64,000 nucleotides of DNA from Marsupella aquatica. Its lineage: Eukaryota > Plantae > Marchantiophyta. The notes under the pieces are model-generated. The model was not told the origin of the DNA, made no database searches, and worked only from the letters and a program-made list of their open reading frames with translations. Numbering within the stretch: position 1 is the stretch's first letter; the number at the start of each line of letters is the position of its first letter. A program made the translations under genes and the position numbers. Positions 26,112 through 37,489 of this stretch are shown one piece after another. The DNA is taken from positions 18,652,357 through 18,716,356 of the forward strand of contig OZ316892.1 in the NCBI GenBank assembly GCA_973895155.1, in the 5' to 3' direction.

Positions 26112-26823
26112 GAGAGATCGAAACTGCCCAATAGGTCGTCGTTCAATATAACGGTTATTCCCTATTTTGTCTTTTTCCAACAGATATTTTAGTTGTTTTA
26201 TTGAGACTTTGTTGGTTAGCGCCGGGCGCTGGTTCTAGGAAACTGGATATTCATTGCTTCATTATGTACGTGCATTGTGGAAGAATGACCTCTTGTTTTA
26301 TTTAAAATGTGTAAGTTGATTAAATTGTCTACTGTCTTCAAAGCCTCGAGGATGTGATTTGTCATTTGTTTGTGACGTTACAAGGTCCATTTAATCAACT
26401 CCTTTAGATTGGGTTGATTTGGACTCCACGATTGAATGTGCTATGGTGGGTCCCACTCTAAGGGTCACTATTTGGTGATGAAAATAGATTGATTTGCATG
26501 AATGTTTCTTTAGGCACACCCCTAATACCATGTTTTTTATCTTCTACAATAAATTGTTGTGTCAATGGAGGATTGATAGTACACTTCATCCATCGGATGG
26601 CACAAAATAATTGTTTGTTTTAAACTTTATTACCCCCCGAAAAATTATGTCATTAGAGTGGTGGATATGCACCTTAGAGTGGTGGATATGCACGTTATGG
26701 TTCAGGCAAAACTGGTAACAGGGACAAGCTTACTGGTAACAGGTACAATTTCCCTGTTAACAGAAAATAAACCCCTGGTAACAGGTTTTCTGTTTTCTGT
26801 TTTCTGTCATGGCTATCATACCC

Positions 26824-27355
26824 CTCAAATGTTTGAGTTGGATCCCAAAACCAGGACTTTGCTTTGGCTGCAGATCCATCCCACCATTCCTGGATGACAT
26901 TTTCTGGAGGAGTATTACCACTGTGAAGCCACCTGCCTCGATCTCGCCACATAGTGAGGATCTCATGACAAATACTTCGAGACAAGCACAATTTGCGGAT
27001 CAATGGTGCTATGGGGATGTAATCAAACTTTAGCATATCTTTCCGTTTCTGACCACATCCAGGAAATGTGCACCGCTCAGTACAGGTTTCACAGTCTCTT
27101 TGAAGGACCCATGACAAGTTTGCCCCAATGCCAGCTTGGCAAGAACACTTAAGAGAAGTTGAAAAATTCAAATCCTCTTGCTTGCTTGGACCAAAGACAA
27201 GAGCTTCATGATGGTTGTCTAGGGATCCAAGGCACATTCGCCACCGCTCAGGTTGTGGGGGCCCATGGTCTGATAGGAAGCTTCCAAACCCTTGAAGGTT
27301 CCCAATGATGATAAGCCAAAAGGTCCACCAGCCCAAGCAAGGCCAGCGTGTCTAA
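26824..27355 (-). pseudogene. CACTA-like transposase segment between Harbinger and MULE insertions
   Basis: Cys-rich region, then FDYIPIAPLIRKL...IQEWWDGSAAK...WFWDP. Confidence 0.8.
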
Positions 27356-28307
27356 GAGTCATCTTGCATGTGCAAGTCCTATAAAAAACCGGCCCTTACC
27401 TGCCCACGAACATAGGGAAAAAGTAGGTGACCAAATCAAACCAGAATCTTCCAAATCAATACGTGCAATGCTCCCACTCGGTAGCATGTCCTTCTCTGTC
27501 ATTTCCACTCTGTCGTTTCCACCCTTGAGAATATAGGCCGGTATGCGGGAGCTCCTGCAGCAAACGATGTCCCTGTAAAATGTCACAGGTCCCTCTATAA
27601 CCCGGATTACATGCGACAATGCTCGCTTCTCATTTCTACTTCTTCAAACTCCCGTATTACCATGCACAGTGCTCACTTCTCTTGTTCCCGGCCTGCAGCG
27701 AACTTCTGCAACCTCCGAACTCCAGCTCATTTAACACACATAGTGCCCAAGGACTCCAACAGAGTGACGGCTTGCCACTACGTTTGTTGTCTCCGCCAAT
27801 GCTGGGACTGTGCTTACGATTTCATCCACATTGCTCGCTCTTGGCACGACATTGCAATTGTGATCTTCATTTATTAGAATTCTTGGTACATATGATGAAC
27901 TCATTCACTGCTTTTCAATGTGCGAAGAAACCGAAGCCCCAATGTGTAAAGAATATCGAACCCACAATGTGCCTGATAGATTAATTTTTACTTTCATTCT
28001 TTGTGGAGGCCTTTTCCGGTCAAACTATTCAGCTGGTGCCCGAGATTGCGCAATGGTGCTTTCAAACGAGGAATTGGAAATAATATTGTCCACAATTCTT
28101 GTTTTGCAGCAATTGTTCTTGTTGCAACTACAATTGTACACTCTTCTTGCCAATAATTTGATACCACAAAGATGTGACAATGGTTCACATTTTGCTAACT
28201 TGCTTTGACTCTTTCAGATTATTCAGCATGCGTTTTGCAGAGATTATCATCATATTTCGGGGAATTACATTGAGCCAAGGTCAAGAGAGTGGAGTGGCTG
28301 GTATCTC

Positions 28308-29393
28308 ATGCATGTCATTGAGCAGGATCCTGTTCGCTTCAAGTATTTGTTTCGGGTGTCACCGGCAACGTTCATGTACATTTGTGACCTGGTTAGAGAA
28401 GACATGACAACAAATCCCCCGCCTGGCCTCCGCAATTTGACAAACAGGACATTGTCTGTTGAGCGCCAGGTTGCCATAGCCCTTCGTCGGTTTTCCAGTG
28501 GTTGCTTGTTGTTGACACTTTCAGAGATGTTTGGAGTTTCTGTCCCATGCATATCGGAAGTCATTTGGCAATTTGTGAAGGCTATAATTGTGCGAGCAAG
28601 GGGGAGACATTTGAGTTGGCCACAAGGAGAGGCCATGGCAATGGTGAAAGAAGAATTCCGCCAACTGCAAGGATTCCCAAATTGTTGTGGTGCAATTGAT
28701 GGGACTCATTTTCAAGTGGAGTTACCTCCTGGAATGAATTCCATTGATTATCGTGACTATAAGCATGGTCAGAGCATTTCCATGCAAGGTATTTGTGATA
28801 GTCGCCTTTGTTTTTTGGATGTCTTTGCAGGATGGCCTGGCAGCATTCAAGACTCACGACTTCTAAAAGTATCTGGATTTTGCAACGATGTTTTGGTACA
28901 CCATACAAAACTCTCAGGTCCAACATTTACATCACCAACAGGATTTCGTACAGGGGAGTATGTTATTGGCGATGCTGGCTACCCTGCTTATCCGTGGTTG
29001 ATAAATCCTTTTCCTTCTGCAATGGAGCATAGCCGGGAGAAGGAATTTAACTACATGTTGAGCTCAACCAGGATGTGCGTGGAGCATGCTTTTGGTCAGT
29101 TAAAGAATAGTTGGAGATTTATTTCACACAAAATATATCGGCCAGCTCCTTATCGACTACCGCATTACATTACTTGTGCGTGCATTCTTCACAACATCCG
29201 TATTGACCGTGGAGATGCTTATGACCCAGCTTGGGGGATAGACCCAGACCCCCCTTATGAACCCGGAGGTCCCCCTGCTGCACATCAAACTTACAATAAT
29301 GGACGTAGATATCGTATTGCAATGATGAACCATTTGCTCCCTCAGAGAGAGTGGGAACAGGAACAACAAAGACGTCGTGCTGCCCCTTACTAG
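28308..29393 (+). CDS. Harbinger transposase (HARBI1-like DDE_Tnp_4 nuclease); true start probably near 28053 via a short intron
   Basis: FRVSPATF, GAIDGTH, GWPGSIQDS, IGDAGYP, RMCVEHAFGQLKNSWR, CACILHN; uninterrupted 361 aa. Confidence 0.93.
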   Translation: MHVIEQDPVRFKYLFRVSPATFMYICDLVREDMTTNPPPGLRNLTNRTLSVERQVAIALRRFSSGCLLLTLSEMFGVSVPCISEVIWQFVKAIIVRARGRHLSWPQGEAMAMVKEEFRQLQGFPNCCGAIDGTHFQVELPPGMNSIDYRDYKHGQSISMQGICDSRLCFLDVFAGWPGSIQDSRLLKVSGFCNDVLVHHTKLSGPTFTSPTGFRTGEYVIGDAGYPAYPWLINPFPSAMEHSREKEFNYMLSSTRMCVEHAFGQLKNSWRFISHKIYRPAPYRLPHYITCACILHNIRIDRGDAYDPAWGIDPDPPYEPGGPPAAHQTYNNGRRYRIAMMNHLLPQREWEQEQQRRRAAPY

Positions 29394-29579
29394 AGATAAT
29401 AGACTGTGATCAGTTATGTCTTTCCAATTGCAAAAGGCAAATTTGAAATAAAAACTTCAATTGAAATGTGCATGAAAGTGTCATCATGTAGTCTTATGTA
29501 GTTGTGAGGCCCATTGTACTACACTTGATGAAAATGTAGGTACTTGCTTCTATAGACAAACTAAACAAATGCTAAGTCT

Positions 29580-30742
29580 CTATTGTGTAGGTTGTGAAGA
29601 ACTAGCAAGCTTCTCCATAAGGACGTCAGTCAAACGTGTCATCTGCTCGGTTGCTGCAGTTAAAACCCTCTCTTGTCGTTCTCGAACTTCACACTCACGT
29701 TCTCGAATTTCACTATCATGCTTGGCCGTAGATGCCATCTTCGCACAACTGTTGGCCATGGTTTTCAAATGGCCTTGTTTGTCACTACTAGACTTGAAGG
29801 CCTTTCGCTTCACACCTCTCTTACTCGGGCCAGAAAACTCCTGAGGAGATGATGGTTCTCTCACTCCACCAATATGCTCAGTGTTCTGTTCCGCACTCTC
29901 TTGTGTTGGTTGTGAGCAGTGATTTTGGCTCATAGGTACAGACCTATGTTCATCAACCTCAACATCATCACCTGCAAATAAAAGAAATAGAAAAGTAAAG
30001 AAAATGAGACAAAAAATATTAGTGGGCATGAAAATGTGTGATACATACAAACAAACTACTTGCACAATAGAAATCAATTAAAAAACAAAAACCCACTTGC
30101 ACTTGATAGTACAATATTGAGATAAGAACTTGTAAGTAACTTCTTACTTTCTGATGACAAGATGAACGGATCTGGCCTTGGGTTCCGGTCCATAGTAGAA
30201 ATGTCAGATAAAAACCTTGTAGGTGGAGTAACACGAGGAATACGTGCATACCACTCTAGCAATTCCTCATACAGGTCAACAGAGAAATTAGTGGGGAATT
30301 GATCATTGTGTCGCTGTTTGTCATCCATGTCAAAGTAAGAAATCTGCCCGGTTTTCTCCTTCTTCTCATAATCATAAATCAATTTGAACTTGCTCTCAAT
30401 GATCTGCCACTTCTTCTTACAAGAGTTTGGATCTCGAATAGGATTAGTAAATCCCTCATCCACCATAAACTTTGCCACAGCTTTCCATTTCAACTTGCTG
30501 CTGGTCATCTTCTTCTGTGTTGAGCCTTCCATAACAACATTGTGATATTCATTCCACTTTGCTGCAATGAGAACCTTCATCTCCTTGTTGGTCCAATCTG
30601 GCAACTTACTCTTTCCTTGAGGCCGTGGTGCATCAGTGGGACAGGCTGTAGCTACATTGTTGAGATCCAAGTCACGCAACGGCTCACATTGTCGTGAGGA
30701 TGCACTATGGCCTGCAACGCCACTCAGGTTCTAGCTCATCAT
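29580..30742 (-). pseudogene. Harbinger Myb/SANT-like (trihelix) DNA-binding protein, 2+ exons
   Basis: WTNKEMKVLI...KWKAVAKFM...RDPNSCKKKWQ; intron ~30145-29973; coiled-coil C-terminus; one early TAG near 30731-30733. Confidence 0.85.
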
Positions 30743-30938
30743 CTGAAAAGGACATGATAAAATGCAAATATATATCATTGTCAAGAAGTTCACAAAATGA
30801 TCAAGCAAAAATTTATTTATTTATTTTCACAATGAATCATAATGGTATAGAAAGTACACTGCCAAAACTAGCTAGGTTTGATAAGTTTGACCTTCTATCT
30901 ACCTCTAAGGTTCCTTTCACAAGGATCTGGTCCTACAA

Positions 30939-31595
30939 TCAAGGCCCCAGGCCAAGAGAATCACTATCCAAGCAAAGTTTTTTCCTAGGTTTTGCAGGAT
31001 GAGCATCACGCTCATGAATTGATGGTCCTGTGCTATTTGACACATAAGCATTACACACCAAAGAATCTACTAGTGGAAGAGGACTTTTGCCCTTCAACGC
31101 ATGTGTCTTTCCTGGATCTATTCTCTGTGAAATCATCTTTGATAGATTGGGGGAAATTGGGACCAGGGGTTCCCGTGCTCCTATCACAAGTTTTGCGGGG
31201 GCTGCATTCTCCATAGAGATTGCTCTGGGCTTCTGGCCTGTCCTCTGCAGTATCTGAACAACCTCAGATTGCAGGTCTTCCAATGCCTTGTTGTCACTGT
31301 GAACCTGCTGGTTTTCAACTTTCAACCTATCAATTTCATGCTTCAATATCTGGGTCTCTCTACCCAGGTTTTTGGCAATAGACATCTCTATCTGAAAAGC
31401 AGGCCAAAGCTCTTCACAAAACACTGACTCCGCGTGAGTCAAGTACTCCTTTGCCTTTTTCATCCTCCCCATATATTTCTCTGCAAGGTTCTTCAAATCA
31501 TCTCTGCCAGGCTCCATGGAATAGTCCCTGCCCCTGAAAGGAATTGTAATAATAATAATCACCCTTTGGAGGTCTACTTTATAGGCACTAGACAA
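30939..31595 (-). CDS. Coiled-coil ORF inside Harbinger element (third gene or 5' exon of Myb gene)
   Basis: 218-aa open frame with heptad-like stretch LKHEIDRLKVENQQV...LEDLQSEVVQIL. Confidence 0.45.
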   Translation of the reverse strand: MSSAYKVDLQRVIIIITIPFRGRDYSMEPGRDDLKNLAEKYMGRMKKAKEYLTHAESVFCEELWPAFQIEMSIAKNLGRETQILKHEIDRLKVENQQVHSDNKALEDLQSEVVQILQRTGQKPRAISMENAAPAKLVIGAREPLVPISPNLSKMISQRIDPGKTHALKGKSPLPLVDSLVCNAYVSNSTGPSIHERDAHPAKPRKKLCLDSDSLGLGP

Positions 31596-33501
31596 AATTA
31601 TAAAAATTTAACAAGGTAGGGATATATGGTACACTTTCCGGCATGTTCCAAGAGTTGAAAAATAAACTCACTCCTTTCATGTAGACCAAGCGAAGTGTAA
31701 GCAATAAATGCTATGAATGGAGTAAGTTGAGGGAAAAGAAGGATTAGGCTTTGTAAATACGCAAAGAAAGGTTACAGCTTTGTAGACCCTAAAGTTCTGA
31801 GTTGTATTGAATATTAAGTAGTGTATATGATGGTAGTAAGTATGTACGTACAAGAAATGTACATTTAGGTAATAATGGGTACGAAAGTATACCTTAGTTC
31901 TCGCTGCAAAGAAGAAGAAGCTTGTTTCAAACCTGCACTTTAAGTATGACAATTTTCTTTGTCAAGTTGTTGTTCGGGTGAAGCCAGAAATGAACTGTTG
32001 CAAACCGTGACTCAAGAAATGTAACAAACAATTCTATCCGACTCCATTTAAAGTAAATTCTTCACATTCAACAACGATATGCCTCTCATACCTTGTATGC
32101 TTTGCAACCACTGTACGTTTCGGGGGCTCACTATTGATGAAAAATGTCACCTTTCAATGAAGCACCTGTCCATGAAGCAAGCTAGCAACGAGTTAGTTGA
32201 CGGAGGTGGACCATGCTTTTACCATGAGCACAAAACCAGAATCTGTGATGAAGTTGGAGAATGATGAGACCTGAAAATGGAATAAAGTTGCAGAGTGACG
32301 ATACCTGAAAAGGGAATAGATCCTTGTGTACTCGATCCACTCAAAAGTTAGTCTCTATGTACTCATGGGAGACTATTTTTGTGTACTTTTTTGGATCTAA
32401 GTAGCTGCTACAAGATCGTGAGCAGTTTAGAAAGCTTTCGGTTTCAAGGCAAAGCTAGAAAGCCCACATGCAACAAATATTGAAGGAGGTGGACCCACTG
32501 TATCACATGCAATCGATTACAATATAAAGAGATCAAGTCAATATCTCTTTATTTATTCTACTGGGATACGTGATGTCTTGTTCATATATCACTTTACAAT
32601 CATGTGCTAACATCTATAGTAGGCTTCAGTAGTCGACAACAATAGAGGAGATAGTGGAATTATAAAACTTCATTGAATAAAATTAAACCGATAAATTAAA
32701 TAGCAGGTCCACTACCTATGGAGACTTGAGTCTTCAATGGCTTCAAACACGAGAAAAAATGTTCAACACTGTACAAAAGCAGGCTATCCTTAGCTGCGTT
32801 TACTAGAACAGGAGTCGATGGTTACAGAGAATCTAACATACAAGACGAAATTCAAATTAGATCATGCAGCTTAGCCTACAACAAAGCTCAGCGATGCTAT
32901 AGATTGATTTCTGGTGGATCTATGACGAGGTATAAGGAGAATTTCCCCTGAGCTAAGCAGAAACTATGGAGACGCTTTCATGGGTGATGACAAAACTGCG
33001 CCATGATCTTCATTATTTATTCAACCCCTCAAACAAAATTGATGCGTCAGTGATAAGCATATGAACGTATGCAAGATTCGACAGCGTAGAAATCATGGAA
33101 GTGAACTATTGAAGGAGGTGAACTCCTCACTGTAACACAATCAATCATTCTCCTGTCCGGTGAGAGAGCTAGGCAACCTTCGAGTCAAGGGAACGTTATT
33201 GCCGGTCAATCGTCATTTTCCCCTATCATGAGTACTGAACTACAGGACGAGATAGAAATCAATAGACTGATCAGCTGACTGTTCAATCAGGGGCCAAACA
33301 TGAGGGTATGAACGAACCTGAGTATAATCGGTGCAGCAAGGTGAGATGCTCCAACGTGGTCTGATTGCCAATTGCCCGATTCCCAATTTGCAGATGACAA
33401 AGCTGTCAATGTACGTGAAACGAATACACAGTCAAGTGACGTAGAATGTTTACTTAGCGAGTATACACAATTCTTCGTGAAGCTGAAATCAAAGCTGAAA
33501 T

Positions 33502-33611
33502 ACTTTTGACAGAACAGCCGCAATGTGATTGACAAGCGGTGCACCTGATGAGTGTCACTTTTGACAGAACAGCCGCAATGTGATTGACAAGCGGTGCACC
33601 TGATGAGTGTC
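33502..33611. repeat. Perfect 55-bp tandem duplication
   Basis: ACTTTTGACAGAACAGCC...GATGAGTGTC at 33502 and 33557. Confidence 0.92.
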
Positions 33612-33975
33612 GGGGCCCTCTTGAGCACTCACGGAAGTCATATGCAGGGCAGGCCAGTTTGCAGGGTGCCTAGAGTAGCAGGTGAGTTACGACCCCGGTT
33701 ATGACTACCAGTAGCGGAGAAGCCGCACGGCAAAATAATCGATGCACACTTGAACGACAGGTGTAAGCACTGTATTTTTGTCCTTTGTGAATCTGAAAGG
33801 TCAGGACGGTGAAGGGCCGGAACATTTCCGGCCCTTGTCCTTGAAAAAACTGAATTGCTGCCGTGACGACTGGCACAAGAGGAGGGTGAGGCAGGAAAGG
33901 CTCGAAGAGTAGGAATGTGCCACCTGATCACTTAAAGGGTCGATAATTTGGGGACTCTCACATGCAAGATGGCCC

Positions 33976-34673
33976 GAAGTAGTGGGCCTATTTTCATACC
34001 TCTATAATCATCATTGATAACACACCTATCAGTTCCTTCAAACAAACACCTCAGAATTTTGTCTTGCAGATCTACTGGAACTTTTGCCTCGTCAAGCAAT
34101 GAGTTCAGTCTAATTGTTTCTCTGTGGATGGCCTCATGGAGGGATAATGATGTTTCTTGCGAAACATGCACTGAATAGTTGGCAGACTGTGGAGGGTCCT
34201 CTGAGAGTGGAGGAACATTGGTAGACTGCGGAAAGTCTTCTGAGAGTGAAGGAACATTGGCAGACTGTGGAGGGTCTTCTGAGAGTGGAGGAACATTACT
34301 ATTGTCATGGCGACTCTCATTAGAGTCCAAGAATTCATTGGGGGTTGACTCGCTTGGTAAGCCTGAGGTGCCAAGAAATGCTCTTTGTAAAGAGTTTTGG
34401 TTACGGAACCACCGCTGGGACCTATTCATATGGTCCACACAAATTTGTGCAGAGCCAATGAGAGATGACTGGCCAACAGGTTGGCCTTCAAGGCCAAATG
34501 CACTGTTAGAGAGGCGCCGAACATCAATGAAGGCTCCGGCATCATCTTTCTTTGCATGGTATTGCCTTGACCGGATACTTATAAAATCAAATCCCTTGTG
34601 GGAGACGTGAACAACGATATTTGCATTCACATCTAACTAGGTTGGGGTTGCTAGGGGGATGCATGGAAGACAT
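33976..34673 (-). pseudogene. N-terminus of the CACTA-like transposase
   Basis: MSSMHPPSNPNLVRCECKYRC...(frameshift)...SRQYHA, a CxC..C...H motif like the CACTA transposase-associated domain; joins 27355 after Harbinger removal. Confidence 0.7.
34179..34297. repeat. 39-bp coding tandem repeat x3 (NVPPLSEDPPQSA)
   Basis: Visible in DNA and in ORF 33932..34630. Confidence 0.9.
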
Positions 34674-37489
34674 TTCAACCAATTAATACAAGGAACTTAA
34701 TTAATCGATCGTAGTTAACTAGGATAGCCCGAAGGCCCCTCCAGATCTGATCTGATGATGTACATAAATATGGGAGTACTTTCCCACGTTAATAACATGG
34801 ACCACCACTTATCGGATGTTTTGTCACAATTAGCAGGTAGATCAACCTGAATGCTCAAGGTCTGCATTGAGTAAACTGTCATCTCTCTAGCATAATAGTA
34901 ATATATCTCTGAGAAAAATGAGGCTAAGACTTAAGCCTTAGCAGCCCACCTATATATACAGACACTCTAGTTGACAAATTGGATCCAATTTGTACGTATG
35001 ATGTCCGGCCAATGCCATTCGGGAGATATGTACTGTATGTACAAAGACATCAGCCCATGCACTGTTACTCCTGTGATAAATTGCCAGTCATGGATAAATC
35101 GATCAACACACAGCTTCTTGAGGGTTCACAACACTTGCATGTATCAAGTTCGCACAAAAGCAATCTTGTCATTTGCAGATCTATGACGATCAAAGCTAAT
35201 ACATCCAGCATAAATTGAGCATGCATCAGCAAATCAAATTTTGGAGCAACAGTGGCAACAATCGATGAACATATTCAGGATTGGAATCCACTAGCACGCT
35301 AGCTAGCTTGCTGGCAAACAATGGCTCCAGCGCAAACCTGCAGGAAGGACTAAGGATTTGTAAAACCGGGTGTGAAGATGTACGTCATGGACGACCAAAA
35401 TCCAAGGCTGCACAACAGAAGGCCAAGTAGAGATCAAGAAAGAATCTTTTAGCAGAACTGCTTGTCCTTCAAAACCAAAATGTATTATTCAAAAAAGCAG
35501 CACCATGCCAGAACTGTTCAATTCACTCCTCTAGCTCATATCGAACAAACATCATCATTGAAAAGCTAGCGCCGCCAATTATGAATACGTACAAAACCTT
35601 GACGTGAATCCACCCTCATTTTCTTTTGGCGCCTATCACATTGCCTAAAAGTTCAGACATTGCATCCTAGTCCTGAATTTATCTTTTGACAGGCCTGTAC
35701 GTACGTGCATGCAGCTAGCTACTCCTCTTCTACCAGGTGGAGCAGGTACACTTCCTTGCGCGTGCAGTAGAGTGGGCCGGCCTGCGCAATGGGAAAAACC
35801 ACGTACAATCAATTCAAATTGTCTGTAAGACAAGGATCAAACAGAAGGAGCAAGTCCTTCAAATGAAGTCTACAGTGTTTACTACACGCCACTACAATAC
35901 CTCTCCGGCACTTCAAGACCTAGGAATAAAATTAGATGCACCTGCTAAACTGGGAACCAAAAATGCCAGACGTATTTTGATTTGAATAGGTGTTTTAAGA
36001 CTTTGTTCTCGATCTCTGAATCAAAATTTTTTTGGGACATAAAATTCATCGGCTACTAACTAACAGCGCAATTTCTCCATGTCACAAGATTGCATATCAG
36101 ATGAGTATATCAATGTACGGTCTACGATTCTCTCTGAGTGCGTCTGTAGGAGCAGTATTGCATCGCCATCCTTGACAGAGAGTAGTGACGCTACTGCACA
36201 GAAGCTAGTTTCATGCATGGATTGCAGACAAACCCGGAGCAGTCGAACGACATATTCCACGGACTGCATCGCACCACGTACCAACCAACAACGCTGACAA
36301 AGCAGCGATGGAAGAAACGAACCTAATCAGGACTGGTCCTAAACGCACGTCAACTCGAGTCTCCCATTGTTCAACAAACGATGGAGGAGGAGACGTACAA
36401 TTTGACTCAATTCCGACATTGTTCAACGAAGGATGGACGAGACAGCAATTATTTCTGCCAAAAACTCCACTTTGACTCAAATCCGCCATTGTTCGATCAA
36501 AGAGTGATGATCTGACATCATTCATTTCTACAAGAGAAGACAATGACAAATGGTTCAAATTTTCCCGCCCCGGTTTCTACCCAACTCTCCCAAACAAATC
36601 CATACGTACTATCACTGCCACAGTTGAAGAAGTTACACAGAAGCATTTCATAATTCAAAGAATTTTACTAACCTTGCATGGCCCACAAAGCTATAGCGCA
36701 GTCATCCACAACCAACTCCAAGACCAGTAGAGCTCTAGCTTGTGCTGCATAAACCCAGCAAGGATCACTTTCATGGTAAACATAGTTGCAATATATAAGA
36801 CACAAAAACTCAGGGCCTCATCTATTAATTTTGCTCCATGATAATATTCTAGCTAGCTAGTCATTGGCACCTGTAAAACTTACAAGACCTTTCCATTCCA
36901 ATAATAGCATACCTTAGTATATAAGGGCCGAAGAGAGTACATGCGTTGTCTAGACAATGCAGAGCTCGATCTAAAGGTCTTTGATTAATGACGAGTCCAC
37001 CGATGGAGTGATAGATAGACGAGGAACACCGGGGGCGGCTTTGACCATTCTGTACCTGGTATGAGATCCGCAAACAGATCAATTTTTTGCGAATTAACAA
37101 GCGTCATTCTGAGGGTTGATTTGTCTAGCAATATACCCGTAAGACATAGATAGTATCCTTGCATTAGGAAGTTGAAATGGGAACCAGTCCCTAGGCCAGA
37201 CAAGCTGCCTTTCTCCCGGCCCATAGCCCCTGAACCACTCCAAAATGCATCTTCTTAGTCACCGAGCTGAAGTCCAGGAAAAATATGATGTCGATCCATC
37301 TCAGGAATTGAACCCTGTTAGGAGAGTGTACCATTCCCAGAGGGAGTCGTCCATCTTCACATCGAAAGACCAAATGAAAGCATCGTCATAATTTTGATGG
37401 TCAATCAAGTTACATTGGATGCAAATTAACTCTGGCCCCCGTGTTAACTCATCAAGAGAAAATATTCAAATGAGTAATATATTGTGCTG

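Larger units (their letters stand above)
15148..26230. promoter_or_regulatory. 16 dispersed copies of 13-bp palindrome AGCGCCNGGCGCT (putative protein-binding sites)
   Basis: Copies start at 15148, 15271, 15373, 16500, 16606, 18393, 18486, 20580, 21665, 21727, 21875, 22010, 22073, 24395, 24529 and 26218. All are in inferred non-coding parts of the MULE. The regulatory role is inferred. Confidence 0.75.
14711..26823 (+). mobile_element. 12.1-kb Mutator-like element (MULE) with degenerate TIRs and ParB/methyltransferase-like cargo gene
   Basis: 8-bp TSD CTCAAATG at 14703-14710 and 26824-26831; GGGG.../...CCC ends with shared ACAG and CTGTTACCAG subterminal motifs; removal restores the host ORF. 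Confidence 0.9.
27356..33975. mobile_element. PIF/Harbinger element, 6.6 kb
   Basis: TIRs GAGTCATCTTGCATGTGCAAGTCC (27356) and reverse-complemented GGGCCATCTTGCATGTGAGAGTCC (ends 33975); flanks TAA/GAA; removal restores GPLLRHAGLAW in the host transposase; nuclease + Myb gene pair inside. Confidence 0.9.
9441..34673 (-). mobile_element. CACTA/CMC-superfamily element (host of nested MULE and Harbinger); extends at least to its transposase start, far end not found
   Basis: CACTAGAAGAAAACCACCC terminus at 9441; transposase segments rejoin across both nested insertions. Confidence 0.8.

Noticed and set aside
15148-26230. Palindromes as a CRISPR array or bacterial REP elements
   Set aside because: Spacing is irregular (60 bp to >2 kb), the repeat is only 13 bp, there are no cas genes and the context is intron-containing eukaryotic DNA.
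36060-37373. Short ORFs upstream of the first CACTA transposase as cargo genes
   Set aside because: Fragmented, with no identifiable motifs; cannot be supported without a search.
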